Positions 1-14,754 of a stretch of DNA of 64,000 nucleotides are shown here, one piece after another (the first letter of the stretch is position 1; each line of letters begins with the position of its first letter). Below the pieces are notes generated by a model that worked only from the letters and a program-made list of their open reading frames with translations, searched no databases and was not told the origin of the DNA. The position numbers were made by a program, and so were the translations under genes. This DNA comes from Tubiluchus corallicola (taxonomy: Eukaryota > Animalia > Priapulida): contig JAQGDQ010000058.1 in the NCBI GenBank assembly GCA_030141605.1, forward strand, positions 95,852 through 159,851. Direction: 5' to 3'.

Positions 1-812
1 CACAATGCTTTTTACACAATGTGCCTAATACTCAAACAGGGATGTAATCAACCTCGCCATCGACTTATAAACATTCTCCACAGCTTCCAATTACTACCTG
101 GGATTAAGCTAATCAAGACAAGGCTCTTCTGAGCGTGAACTTCAAGCTATTGAGGTAATGGAGGGAATAAGCGCGCACTCTGAGTTTCATTACGAGGGCG
201 AGTTAGTGGGTAGCTAGCACGCAAGGGTTATTTTTTAAAATATCACTAGTACAGGGGGCGGAACCCAGGCTGCGATTAGCTAAATTACGTGATGGGTAAT
301 GACATAAAGGCTGTCTTTTTTACTTGCAAAGCTTAATAAAACATAGGAATAAGATGTGCAAAGAGATAAAAAGACAAAAGTGCATATTGCAAACGAAGTA
401 ACCTCATCAAAGAGTAACCGACGCGGCCTGCTTTGCCTTGAATTTTGTCTAATGGGGATTTTAATAGATTGTGTAAGTGCGTTTATATCAAAAGACGGCA
501 TGATTATATAGTGACAGAATTTAATTGTGCATAATAATGAAAAGGCTAACTTAAAAAAAGATGTTTACTAAAAGATGCAAACAGGATCCTTACCGCATTC
601 ATTCTAAACAGTCAAGTTTCACTAAACTGAAATTAAAAGACTACATGTATTAACGAAGTACTAGTATTACAACAGTACAACAGTAATACTTGCATGTCAT
701 TTCAGTGATCTGCAAGCATTGAAAACATTGTAAACCTTTGCTTGTGTTGTTTAAATATGCATATTTCAACCCACAGGACAATTGGTTGATGACTAATGCA
801 TCAAATTTATGC

Positions 813-890
813 TCTCTCTCTCTCTCCCCCCCTCTCTCTCCCCCCCCCTCTCTCTCTCTCCCTCTCTCTCTCTCTCCCCCTCTCTCTCTC
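813..890 (+). repeat. (CT)n microsatellite with C runs
   Basis: Directly visible. Confidence 0.95.
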
Positions 891-970
891 GCGCTTATTA
901 AAAAATGCTAAGTCATTCTGTAACCATTATGTGTCAGCTTTCAGTCTGTTATAACTAAGGTTATATGTTG

Positions 971-1070
971 TTACTAACTAACTTACTTACTTACTTAAGG
1001 TCATCTATGAGAATACCGACATGTGTGAGAAGCCACTCTGAGCAGTAATGACCAATTACCGCCTCTCCAT
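971..1070 (-). mobile_element. Retroposon 3' tail (RTE-like) ending in (TAAG)n
   Basis: Shares the 18-bp ACATGTCGGTATTCTCAT and flanking similarity with 2915-2996 in the opposite orientation. Has a TAAG repeat tail. Confidence 0.6.
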
Positions 1071-1462
1071 AATAACTGATTATTTTGTTATAAGAAGGAA
1101 CCAAATAACTGCATATCTATAATACAAAATATAGTTTTTGTAGAAAATTGTATATTGATGAAACGCCACGTCAGATCAAATCACGACTCCTACAATATCT
1201 AAGACAAAACTCTGATGTCTCAACTCATTTCATGAACCATTTTGCAGATTATAAAATTACCTTTTCTTGAAGGTTCACTCCGCGAAATTTTGTTGAATCT
1301 ATCAGCAAATTTTCGAAATTCATCTGGACAGCTAAAGAAACAAATAAGGCATATACTGGAACCATCAGCATTCAGTTATCCATGCCATGCTATTTTGTTA
1401 GTCCAATAATTTTTTGCGAGAACGTCTCTGTCTCGGTATGGAGTTAGAAAACTAATTACAGA

Positions 1463-2176
1463 CTAGCAAAGGCCCCGCAAAACATTTTGCGTATAAATAC
1501 ACTTATAATCAAAAATACGCGAACATCCTACATAGTCCTCATTTATAACGCAAAGCCAGCAGCAGCTTTTACTGAGCTAAAGTTATAAGTTTATAATAGG
1601 CAGAGTATAATGGATGAACAGAACAATGACGTTGCGTCAGCAGTTTTCCTAGCAAAAAATGCCGGAAATGGAACCTCCAATCAACCCTTCACAGCTCTTC
1701 AGCGGGGAGACGTCTTAAAATACAGCCCACACCATCGTGTAGCCCTCATCTTACTAAAGAGCTATGTATCTTCTTCCGAGAGTCCCACCAGGCGCCGCTA
1801 GAACCTTTCTTCTGCAGGCTGTTTGACCAAAATTTCGAAGAAATCGGGAGTTGGGTCCGGGAAAACGTCCGTTACGAGACGGCCTCTCGCGAATTCTAAA
1901 TACGCCTACTACACCCACCGCTGAACGGGCTATTTATTCATAGCCGGCATCACCCCAAGCCCTTTCCCGTTCTCCAGAAATAAGACGTATAAGTTTTGAA
2001 AAAAAACGGTCATTTTTGGAGGTTTTTCGCCCCACATTCATCCGAGTGGGCCCGATTCAAAAAATAAACCCCAATGAGACCACACTAGATCGAGACCTTT
2101 CAACTGATATATAGATCGCCACAAATTGTGTCGTCGTCAGAGCTGCGGCCTCGAATCTTATATATATATATATAAT
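1463..2176 (-). mobile_element. Non-autonomous Helitron, family A (solo copy)
   Basis: Minus-strand 3' end CTAG|T at 1463-1466. Perfect hairpin CGCAAAA-CA-TTTTGCG at 1476-1491. TA-rich 5' end. Homologous along its length to 62050-62849 and 62850-63662. Confidence 0.85.
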
Positions 2177-2914
2177 ACCACCGAAATTAAATATACAGAT
2201 TGACCAACTGCTGTCAGGCAAAAATATTAATACTGAAAACAAAAATCTGTGTATAGCATGACAAATCTATTAATGCTCTACAGTGTACAATGGCATGCCT
2301 GCAACTCAATTAACGATATTAGTTTCATAGTTAATTATTGGTATAAATAATGTGACTGTGCAGAAATCTTTCAGGCAAGAAGTGATCAATATTGCTGGCC
2401 AGATTTCTAAACTCGTTAATTTTCTTACAGATGTTTAAAATCCTGCAAGTCAATCGAAGGATCTTGATTGAACAAAGAGCTTAAACCAATAATGAAGCAA
2501 GTGAGACTTTTCTGGTTTACACGAACTCTGAAAGGCATAACGTGTTGAGTCATTGACAGAGAGGCCAGCAGCTCACACATTGTGATTGGATATGTGATTA
2601 CAAGAGGAGAGAGGGTTTGATTAAAAGTAGAAATGGAAGCGAGAAAACAGGGAGGACGAAAGATAGGTGAGAAAAGGAAAGAATTGTCCGAATTGTAGGT
2701 GCGTGTGCGTGCGCATGCGTGTGTGTGCATGTGCACATCTTTCAACCGGTTTACTAATGCTCGCACAGATTTAGCTACATCAAACTATTCCTTATTAAAA
2801 CTTACGAAGAAGGTTGTGCCAACTTTTTGCAAACTCCCACAATCTTTCTATATTGCTCACACAAAAGAAGCAGTGGGTACTATAATCCAACAATCTAGTT
2901 ATTTTCTAGAGATG

Positions 2915-2995
2915 GTATTGATCGTAATTGATCGTTACTGACTGGTTGGAGTCGCTTCGCGTACATGTCGGTATTCTCATGGGTGTCCTTAAGTT

Positions 2996-2996
<1 letters not shown>
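2915..2996 (+). mobile_element. Second copy of the same retroposon 3' tail
   Basis: ACATGTCGGTATTCTCAT at 2963-2980, then CCTTAAGT, abutting the (AG)n tract. Confidence 0.6.
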
Positions 2997-3421
<425 letters not shown>

Positions 3422-3829
3422 AAAAATACGCCTATCTTATAATTCTCAACATTTGCGACATAAAATTACTAAACCGCAGCGTTTTTCTCTTACACAGTAA
3501 ATTGAATGACACTGAGATACACTTGTGCCTGCAGCAGTTTCTGTAATTTTCTCTACCTTTTATCTGTTTGTTATATGCCTGTAAGTGGTTTCTCAATTGA
3601 AACACGTAAGCAGCTACTCGAATGAGATGAAAACGCTTGCTATCGTTGTCACAACGCTTGGGGTGACAGTTACACTAGTGCTACCTGACCCAAGTCAAAA
3701 TCTACGCAAATGTCAGGTGTTTGATTACAAATTATTTACATAGATAAATATGCTTGTATCTGTCCGCCTCTCAGCAACCATTTATTGAGCTCAAAGAAGT
3801 GAACACCCAAATTAACAATAGTCGGGTAA

Positions 3830-4260
3830 ACAAACCAGCAAATGAACAGATAAAAGAAAATGCGAAAGAATCAGCGAACGATCAAAGAGAACTGCAAAAT
3901 AAACTTCTTTTCAGATAAGAAGCAAATGAACGATGAAAATAGAAAACAAACAAATCGATCATTCAACCAGCACACGAATGAATAAACAAATAAACAGGCG
4001 AACAGATAATTTTTAACACGCGAACAAACAATCAATGAACGAAAAGGCCAGACGGATGAACAACCAAGAAGAAAAAATCAAAAAATGAAATAAAAGCATA
4101 AATGAGCAAACAGATAACAAAACAAGTAAACAACTTAATATAAACAAAGCAACACACAAACAAACAAATCTATCAGCCACCAAGAAATGACGGAATGCAA
4201 CAACAAACGACATCATATTATAACAATCAAATAAATGAACACGAGAACGAACAACATATT
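3830..4260 (+). repeat. Degenerate (AAAC/GAAC/AAAT)n low-complexity tract
   Basis: 4-bp periodic A-rich sequence. Confidence 0.7.
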
Positions 4261-5129
4261 AGAAGAGTGGGCTAGGTAAGTGAGTAATAAATTAGGGATG
4301 GATTTTCTGCATAGAACTGCAGCTGGTGCTACTTGTGAAGAAAGTGACCCTTCAAAGAACATTAAAAACCTGCTACTCAAGGTACTACTCTCAGTTCTTT
4401 CCATTGGTACAAGGAAAACGCCTTTTGGATTTCTTCCTCTATTAGCATCTGAATTAGTTGGCGAAGTGCCAGGGTAAATAACTGTTCGATTTGACTGAGC
4501 AATCAAGCCAACATGGATACAAAAGTTTTTGCTTCCAAGAATCAATTCGCCGTTTCTCTGCACAATTTTGAAAAGTTTCGTTAGAATTGGGAGAAAACAA
4601 ATAAAGTTTGGACGCTTCATTCATGTAACTCTTATTTGTCAATGGAAAAGAGGCCGGAAGTATCAATTATTTTTCTGTTCAGCAGTGCTCCTCCCAGCTC
4701 TTTGAGAAGTTGAAAAGTCTCAGGCGTTTAAAAACTAATTGAAGACTAATTAAAGGAGTGAAATAACTTGAATCGACAATACAGATAGTGGCATGTCACC
4801 AGACGACGAAGCGCCTCATTACAGAGATTTCGCAAAAAAAATAATCACGGTTTAATAGGTGATAAAAGGAGCAAATGTTGTGATTACCCGTCGTGATAGC
4901 TAATCTCTTGAGCGGCTTATAATGTTTTGTGCGCTTGTGGACTGTCACGCGAGATAGTTTAATGCTGATTAAGAGTTTTAAGAAAATCTAAGATTGATAT
5001 CATTCTACCAGTTTTAGGCTGTCGCTTTTGTTTTATTTCTGAAGGCCTATTTTTGGAAAACTAGAACAGCGTTGATCAAGCTACAGGTTAAAATGTAATG
5101 TTCCTCTTAATGTTTTCACAAACAGCGTT

Positions 5130-5354
5130 GTTAATAGTGCCCCAGGTGGCTAGCAGTCTTTCTTCCCCCACTACATGACTTGGTGCTCAATCAAGGCTGT
5201 GCAGTGCACATGCCTAGCCCAGGTAGAAGGTGGCCAGAAAGTCCTGTTCGTGCGGTAAGCAGCTCGAAAAATCGAGACAAGCTGGATTCGAATTGACAAC
5301 CTGTGGGGTCAGTGGCCAAGTACCGTAACCTCTCGAGCCCTTGACTATTGCGCC
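5130..5354 (-). mobile_element. tRNA-derived SINE
   Basis: Minus-strand head with A-box-like GGGCTCGAGAGGTTA and B-box-like ATTCGAATCC (plus 5284-5293). GC-rich body, no intact cloverleaf. Confidence 0.6.
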
Positions 5355-6654
5355 TTCAGATAATTAGTAGATTTAGTATCATTAATTTATTTCTAATGTG
5401 TATTTCACGTGGTAAAATTTCACCAGTGTGAGTACGATCTAGATCTATGGTAAAACGAAGTCTAAGTTCAATTTTTTGAAGTAAACTGAATACGCGCTGT
5501 TGATGACTTTGGGGGATGCAACTCAGTTTCAAAGGTGATTACCGACGTTAAGATCTTTCCAGATCTGAAATAACACAAATGAGTAACTTACTGTTTTTCT
5601 ATGACATAGTAGAAAGCTATTAAGTTGGGACGATTATCGTCTGGGTTTTAAGATGACAAAGCTAGCTGTCGTTTACCAACAATATAAATAAACAACCAGA
5701 AACATGTTGTGTACTATTACGGGACACCGTGAATATTCCTTGAGTTTGTTTGCAAGATATCTGCAAAAACTGCCTTTGAACAATAAATTTAATTTATGCT
5801 GCTTATTGAGTTATCCTATTTGGATTTGGACAGTACATACTTTAAATTTATAACTTGTTCGTAGTACTCTATGTAAACTTTATATCAAGTACAACATGCT
5901 TCGCATCAACTTCAATTGTCATCAAGCGGTTCTTTCATTTAATGTTGTTTTAGCCTGGTTATCCGTCGTATTTCAAAATGCAGCAGCACTTCGAACGTGG
6001 CGTCACTAAAAGACAGAAACTAAATAGCTTAGTATAACCTAACCACGCACTGAAAACCACTGTTGCTGTGACGATTAGGAACTAATCGAATTTCTTCAAA
6101 CACAATGTGTCCTCTACCTTTTGCTTGGATGAGTTGATAATTGCAGGAACAACCATTTCAAAAGTATTAATATGTCCAGCTACTTCTATATTGGTAATAT
6201 CTATAGGCAAAATCTATTTTTCTTTCATTTTCTGCGGGATTTAGCCGTGACCGTGATCGTTATCGTTACAAAAAGTTCGTAACGCCGCAAGTAATCGAAA
6301 TGAATACAAAACTCAGAATCGATAAGCAGACTATTCAAAGGCAATGAGTTAAAACCGCGCATAAAATCTCATAGTAAAGGAATTAAGCGCGATGTAGGCA
6401 TATCAAATCTAGAAAATGATTCCTTTTTGCACAATGTTCTTCATGCGAAGTTCCATTAAGCTCTGTATCAGCTTTTCTAAAATCTATTCAATGAAATTGC
6501 AGCGACTGCGATGTAAGCATATGAAATAATTGCCTTCACATGCAGTTACTGGTCCAGCGTCTCTCTTTTATATTAGCTTATGATTAGGGCATTTTAGTTT
6601 CTGATTAGGGAGTGAAAAATAGCTGGATGGTGAAAGTGTGCAGTCAGCAAACAA

Positions 6655-6700
6655 AGTTAAGGATGGGTGACCGCGTGGAAAACTGCTTGTTGGGGCATTA
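6655..6700 (+). pseudogene. Possible 5S rRNA-derived fragment
   Basis: GGATGGGTGACCGCGTGGAAAAC...TGTTGG resembles the 5S C-box/3' region GGATGGGTGACCGCCTGGGAAC. The 5' half is not recognisable. Confidence 0.35.
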
Positions 6701-9130
6701 TCTGCCGTACTACCTCCAGTTATTTCTCTCGCTGAGGGTCAATACAAATTCTGAAATTCAAAAACGTGGTAACCAGTAACCAGTAAAACATCTGCTGGTT
6801 CTGTGTCTCGTGTTAGAGGATCATTTTTAAAAGCAAAATCCTCTAGCAAGACAATGAGGCTGAAGTTCTGCAGAATCAACTACACCGAGTAAACTTGTGT
6901 AATGCCAAACTGTCATTGAAAACCTACAAAGATGGAAAGAATATTGGGTTTTTGTCCTACTGAGGTGCTGTTTTATTCGTCGTGTTATTATCTCCAAGGT
7001 CCCGAATATAATTGTCGGCAAATTTAAGTGTTTTAACAGTTTGAGTAACAATTAAGTACATCAAAGAACATGTCCTTCCCGGAAGTATTCTTGTGACTCC
7101 ATTTATTAAGACTGAGAGACAGGGACAACAAGCTAGAAGGTGTTTGTTGATGTTACTAGTTACACAGAACTATGTAATCACGAAAAATGTATCTCGAAAA
7201 TCACGATTACAGGAAAAGTATTGTTGACAGCTTGTTTAATGATTGCAGAAGACTGATAACGAAAGTTAAAATGTTCAACTCTGTTATGTTGCATCGACGA
7301 GACTACTTCGTAGTTAACCTACGTCTCTTCCCTGTTCGCGCTTTTATAATGCGTTGGACAGCTGGTCCTAGATTTTTTGCTAAATTGTGTCTTGTATTTT
7401 GTGTTGGTATTGCTTTGATCTTACGAGAGATATAAGTATTGTTAGTTATCTGGCTGCATTCAGTAGTAGCTCTTTTTAAGTAAGAGAGATTAGCAACTAA
7501 TGAAATATTTCCTTGCCAACTCAGTTTTGCCTTGCTTCAGTGTTGTTATTGTGCTCAGCTGTTATTGCAATTAACTTTGAGATTAACGCATGCAGTTCAT
7601 AGAACGAACTGATCTAACATTACCGGACACAGCAGGTACAGAGACTGTCGGTGAGTTTGGGCAAAATGTATCTGCAGGCTTAACTTAATATTCGCTAATT
7701 TTTTTTAGCGAAATCAGTAGTGATGTCGAGCGCGCCGTTACGTAACACATATATATCGTGGAGACTTTCTTGTACTAATTTTCTAATGTGACTGTATTGT
7801 TTGGAACACTCTGAACATATACGAATAAAGTAGTAAACGAATAAATAAATTAAATAATTAAAATGTGGTTTACAGTACACAGGATTAGTAAGAACATTGT
7901 TATGATGTCATTTTAGATCTATGAACGCCATAATGATAATGAGCATGATTTCAAGTCGGTCATTAAACCTCAAGCTGAACTAACGATTTTTAATTCAGTT
8001 TTCCTTGTCCAGCAGTTTCCTGTGTAAGCATATTTGATTTGCAACGTTTTCCGTACAAACCTCAACGCCACCCAATCTTTTTATCAATAATCCAACGTAA
8101 CTTTTGTTATATAAAATCGATTTACTCAATCAATTTCTGCAAAATAGTAATAACTATAAACAATACGAAACAAAAATTTAACGACAGTTTAATTTGAAAA
8201 GCTTGTGTGAGTGAGCGTAGAACACCTGAAAAAATTTACCCAGCCTTTTGACTCATGGTCAGTTTTTTATAGCATGTTTTTAACTCCTGTATGATCCAGC
8301 TTAGTTTGTAACCTCTTTAAATGATTAATTTTTCATTCTTTGAAAATAATTTCGTGCTGTTACAAGGTCTACATCATGTGTAATATTATTTATTTTTTTG
8401 CAAAATCAATGTTTTTGTTCATCGACAGTTGTGTCAATATGTTGGTCATCTTCTGACCTATTTAATTCATTTTTCTCCCTTGCAGCAGTGCAACCCACAT
8501 TTGCAAGCATAAAGGTCCCCGTAAAAATTCTACAGGACTGTATGCAAGTTTTTCTAACAGCAGTGGTCAACAGAACCCTGTATTGAAAATAAATCTGCCC
8601 TTATACTAAAATAACGATAAGATATAATTAAGTATAAAATTGACTTTGTAAAGTCGGTGAATTCTAGTTTGTTTTCCAGATCTGACATAAGCAAGAAGGT
8701 TTACTGAGGCCTTTTAATTCACATTGCTATTCTTTTTATTGTATGACTATTGACGTTGCGTCAAACAGAAACGTTAACACTTTCGCTGTACAAGTTATAT
8801 AACTGTATATCATATGCTAGGTGTCCCATATAAATCGCACAATAGCGTAACGCATAATATGTCTACACAATCATGTAGTATTGATCCCCGTGCAAAATTA
8901 ATTGATAAACGAACAATGAAGTTTTATTAACGAATAAATGACTTCAAAGATAAAAACAGTATCGTAACAGGATTATAACTATTAAATAAAAGTAAGACTG
9001 TTCTAAATTAGGAGGAGATTGCAAACGATGATGCTGTGAAAACGTGCAAATATTACGAACGAGATGTCGTCAGCAGGGAATTGTTTTGTTAGTTAGAATG
9101 AACACATTACGCCATACTTCTTGTATAGTG

Positions 9131-9200
9131 TTAGCTAACAAATTATGTTAGTTAACAAACTATGTTAGTTAACAGTATGTTAGTTAACAAACTAATTAGT
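9131..9200 (+). repeat. ~17-bp tandem repeat TATGTTAGTTAACAAAC, about 4 copies
   Basis: Directly visible. Confidence 0.85.
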
Positions 9201-9527
9201 TTAATTTTGCTAAATAGCTTCTAAGTACCAATTTTATGTACAATGTACTTTTTGTTACAATTGTAGAATCATTTCGTATAATTCCAAAAATGCATTTCTA
9301 ACAATGTGCATCATCATTAAGAATGTTATTACCACTGCCATCAACAGCAACAAAAACAACAACGATAGTAATCATAAATGTTGGTATTGACGACAATAAA
9401 CTTAAATCATTAATCGCTGTTATAAGGACAGTAAAAGGGGCAGCAATAGCTACACTTCAACAAAACAAGAATTCATAAATCTACGTTGTTTTTTTTACAA
9501 TAATACCGTCTTTATAATGTTTAACAT

Positions 9528-9568
9528 TGTCGTCGCCGTCATCGTCATCATCACCATCATCATCACCA

Positions 9569-9614
<46 letters not shown>

Positions 9615-9780
9615 TATAAATGTCTTTACTGCAATCATTATTGCCATCATCTTTATCATGATTATTATGATTATGTCGCTATCGTCATCGCTGGTTCTCA
9701 TGCTTGCTGCTATCATTATTGTCGTCATCGTTCTTCTCCTCCTCTCCTCTTCCATTTCATCATAGTTATCATTACTATTA
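9528..9780 (+). repeat. Compound (GTC)n/(ATC)n trinucleotide tract
   Basis: Directly visible. Confidence 0.92.
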
Positions 9781-10343
9781 TCCCAACATTCCCCAAAGAA
9801 CTGTACCTAGTGTTTCTCTCACTTTCAAATCAACAATCGATTATTCTGACCGTACATCCAACTCAATAGATTTTTTCAGTTCAATTTTGTAGAAAAGGCA
9901 AATAATTGTGCTTTTCCACTCCTTGTTTATCAACGTCACAAGGTAAAAATAGCTATGGCAGTTTCTTTGGCTCTCTTTTTATTACTGACGCCAATCAAGA
10001 CTTTTCTGCAACCAAGGCTTTCCAAGTCTTTAAGTTCCTTAGACTGCTTCCTGTCATTTTCTGCCTGAACTGATTGATAGCTAAAAGGAGCGTAATACTG
10101 CCTCAGTTCTAATGATACACCCATGCAGTGAAGACTTCAAATTCAGAAAATAAAGACAAATAGTACTGATGGTTCCAGACAAGCCTTCAATTAGAGCTTC
10201 TTCAACAGGTTGCAGTTAAGGAAGATTATCCGAAGAAAACACTTTCTAAGGACTCGGCAGTAGGTCATCATTTTTTGCTATCGCGAGCAATCGTGTATTC
10301 AAGTGAACTGAATCTAACGAGCAGACCTGTGATGGAATCGCAA

Positions 10344-10575
<232 letters not shown>

Positions 10576-13500
10576 GATACGACCACGGAAGGAGTCTGCT
10601 TTTAACTCTGCATTGCTTTGAATTGCCTTTCACATATAACATTTGCTCGTCTGCTTACAAATTTTCACGATTAGTTTAGGCTAGGTCAAGTCTGCCGGAC
10701 TGCCGGGTCAGAACATGCCGAAATTAAGTTGAGAAGTTCGAACTGAACTCGGGTGGATAAAGGCCCAGTTCACAGTTAAATTATTTTTTAGATTCTGATA
10801 GTTTTGATAATGATGGTTGGTTGAAAATGCATAAAGCATCTGCGTAGTATACCACTGTGAGAAATTTTAAATTTCACCACAAATCCTACAGGATGGTTAA
10901 TTAAAAACGCACACACATACCATATTAAGATGTAGCAAACTAAGAATAAACAAGTTTAGAGACATCACACTACGTTACAAGTGACTCAAGAGATTAAATC
11001 GTCTTCTTAAAAATAAATTCATAGTGTGGAATGTTGTTATAAGTACTATAATTAATGAAGCGCAGGTGTTATACTTAAAAAAGTTCAAGTAGTTTAAAAA
11101 ACTGATAAGTGAAAACTTGGCGGATTCACCTATGATATAAACAAAAAGAAAAAGTACACAAGTGTATTTTAGCTTCAGTTTGATAACTTACAATACTTTA
11201 CACAATACGAGACTAGAAATTAAAACCAATTGCAGTTAAACTAGTCAAATTCCATAGCTACATCACACGTACACAATGCTGGCTGGTAGCGATCTAATAT
11301 CTTTATTGCGTACGTCTTTCAGAAATTTCGCGAATTCAAGTACATTGCAGCTAACCTGCGAAATATATATTTTATGAAATAATTTTATGTATGTACTTTA
11401 AATCTTGCTTATGAGCTTTTACCCTGCAATATTTTAGTTAGTTATTTTTTTTAATGTTCTCTTTCTGTTTTTAATGTAGTGCAACTAATTTTAATCTGGC
11501 TAAAATAAAGCATCAGTAAAAAAATAAAGCAAAATTAAGGAGCGTACAGATAAAATGGCTGCAGACCATTTGGAATCTGGGCAAACAGTTAACGTCCGGG
11601 CTTGGTTTTAAAGAAAAGGCCAAACTTTCTGGGACGGTAGGTTTAGTTCAATGTTCGGGAAAAATGTTAGAAGAATTTATTAATAAAAGTGCGGTAAGCG
11701 CCTCTTGTAATGACTAAAATTACTTTAAAATTGAGATCATTTCATGCTTAGGCGCTACCACACAAATAATGTCGTTAGTCGGCTACCACCGTGCCTGAAA
11801 TTTCTATGCAGTGATAGTACAAATTAACTTATAGTCAGTTTTTTACAAATTTCGTAACTATATTTTTCTAAGTTTAAGTGATAGAGTAAAATACATCTAA
11901 CACGTCAAGTAACGTATACTGCATGGATGACAAACGGTTACGTTTAATAATATTACAATAAAATTATGGAAATGCTCGTGTTTTTTGGTTTAGGCAGCAA
12001 AAGCATTGTAGATTGATTAGATATTTTAGCTTATCTTTGTCACTCGTATTCCCTGACTGACACGTGAACATCAAATCTTGAAATTAGTGTGCAATGTGAT
12101 ACGCTTGATTAGTAAGTTTGAAACAATTATTTTGAAATAAAATCTGCTATGAAAGATGTCCGCCGTGTTTGGGTGCTGTAAGTTTTTCTGCACGCAATTC
12201 AGATTCGCGCTTTTAGCACCATAACTTACAAAAATTCAATCAGAATTATAATTGATGTAGCGTTGATGGTTTGATTAGCAACACACTTGCAGCGCAATAA
12301 TTTCAACACCGCCAAACGTACAGAATGGTTTTCTGCAAAGTAATTCTGGAATACATACAAAGGGAAAAAGAAACAGTCAAATGAAAAAATGAAAGAAAGA
12401 CAGTTGCAAAAGAGAAAAAAGAGAGCGAGAAAGAAAGAGTGAGAGAGAGAACGAGTTAAAAACGTAGCAACACGTTGCACATCTATCCTATAGTTTGACT
12501 TCGCCTGCTACTGTGGCTCTATTCTGTCTGTTTATTCCTGTATATTGGCTATAGCTCCCATTCGCAGTACATTGAAAAAGGAAGATATCACAAGCCAAGA
12601 AAAATTCGCCTATATGTATGTACTGTACATATCTGTACATGTTCTGATACGTACTAATGAAATTGAAGATTAACTACACTTCGTAGCTAAATGTTAATTT
12701 CATAATGACTTGGCAGTTGTATTTTTAATAAAGTAACATCAATTGTACCAGAATTTAGTCATACTAATGATAATAATAAATTTGTTTTTCTCATGAGTAG
12801 TTATGATACAGAAATTGTGAGCATGTGGAAAATCTTTAAAGAGTAAAATGTTGTTATAAATGTTGGTTCCGGTAACGCTTCACTGAAATTATCAAAATTT
12901 CAAGTATATTAGGCAAAAACTGCAGGTTATGAATTCCAGCTTCATAATTCGAGCGGAATTTTGAATATACATTCCGAAGATCTAAGTAAGTATACTCAGC
13001 ACACTAAAAAAACAAGTTAATGGTTAACAACGGACTCAAAATCATTGATAATGCAGCAGTATTACTATTTTCATTGGGCTTGATCATTCTTCGCTTTTCC
13101 CATAGTTTTATCACCACGAGTTTTCTGTCATAAAACTTTCTGTTTCTCCAAGTATTCAACCAGGTAATGAAGCCGAAAGTTTGTACAGTCTAAAAGTAAG
13201 TTTGGACTAACAACGAGAAACTCAGTAACAAAAAAGCGAATTTCTCAAAAGTTTTAGGAAACTTTTGTCTTACCGCTGTTATTTACGTTCCCAACATCAG
13301 CCTGTCCAAGTTTATTGAATTACGTTTAAAATTTACTTGGAAAATTCCGAACTTTTAAGAAAAACTACGTAAGTGACATCACTCAAGTCAACAAAGTAAT
13401 AATATTAATACCACACACGAAAAAAAAACTCGCTCATAAAGAATAAGCATCAGAGAGAGATCTGCGCGGAGAAGCCACCAGTGAAATCTATGGTTGCTGA

Positions 13501-14754
13501 GTCAGAACCAATCTGAAACGATCGATCTCTCTCAGAGTTTGCGAAAAGCTGTGACCACGCATCAACACCGCACATTCCGCGAAGGCGACATCACAAGTTG
13601 TTTTCATCAGGACTTGATCTAATTACAATGTTTACTGCAACGCTGTATAAATGCAGCAATCCACAGTTTCTTGGTCTATAAGCTCCACAATAGTACATAA
13701 AAATTGAACCGTTTGGATAAATCTTATTTTCAGAAAAGCAATAAAGTGACAATGGCAGTTTAAGTTACGTGAACTGTGTTTATAAACGGGGGAAAGGAAG
13801 AAGGAAAAGAGGAGAAGAACAAGAAGATATGTAATGGCACCTAAACTATTAGTGAAGTGCCCTTCTTAACTAAGTTTGACAAGATTTGCAGTTAATTAAA
13901 TATTAATAATATACTAAATAACGATAATTAATTAATAATTGGTTATACGTTAATTGATAGTAGTCCAAGTTGCAATATTTAAATAATCACACTTACTAAT
14001 TAAAAAACGAAGTACTTATGCATTGTAGACGTCATCGTTGTCGTCATCAAACTAGCTATAACGTGCATTTCGGTTTTAATACAGTTAATTTAGTTAAATG
14101 GTATGTAATATTATAACGTTAGTAAGTTGAACAATTTTGTAAGCTAAAAAGTACTATCGTTTTCTAACACACGGTAAGGTATAGTATAGTTGTAATTTGT
14201 AAAATAGCGCGTATTTAAAGTTGCATTGAGTTTTGTGGTACAGTGTTAACCACTACAGTTACAGCCTGCAAACGTGACATGCTTGTGGTTTGCAATAAAT
14301 TTTCATTTTTCGACATGCCATATTGTTTTTTTATCAATTAATTAAAGTTTATCTTGGCTTATGTTATTCTAAAAGAAAAAGCAAAAGTATAAACAGAACT
14401 TTTTGATTGATTTATTGGGTTTATTATAGGGGACGAAAAGGGAATTTTAAAGTATCTCCCAAAACTTTTCATACAAAGTTACATTGCTTAGCATTACGTT
14501 CTACGTTTACCTGTTTAATAGACTTGTGTGACTGGGAAAGAAAATTCTTAATAATTTAAAATGTCTGCGCCAACCGTAAAAATGACTGGTTCACTATCCC
14601 AGTGTGCACCACTGGCTCACCAAAAAATATTATTAATCTTATTGACGAGCCAAAGTAATTTTTGCTTTTTTTTTGTTTAGTCAGTGAAGAACATGCACAA
14701 ATTTAATGCTCTGATTATTTTTTTCAACTCTTAGTTCAGAATCAAATTGTTGCC

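Noticed and set aside
5275-5354. tRNA gene candidates here and at 28858-28930
   Set aside because: The A and B boxes are degenerate and no acceptor stem forms, so they are treated as SINE heads.
13454-13535. GAGAGAGATC...GATCTCTCTC inverted pair
   Set aside because: Low-complexity 10-bp arms with poor internal pairing.
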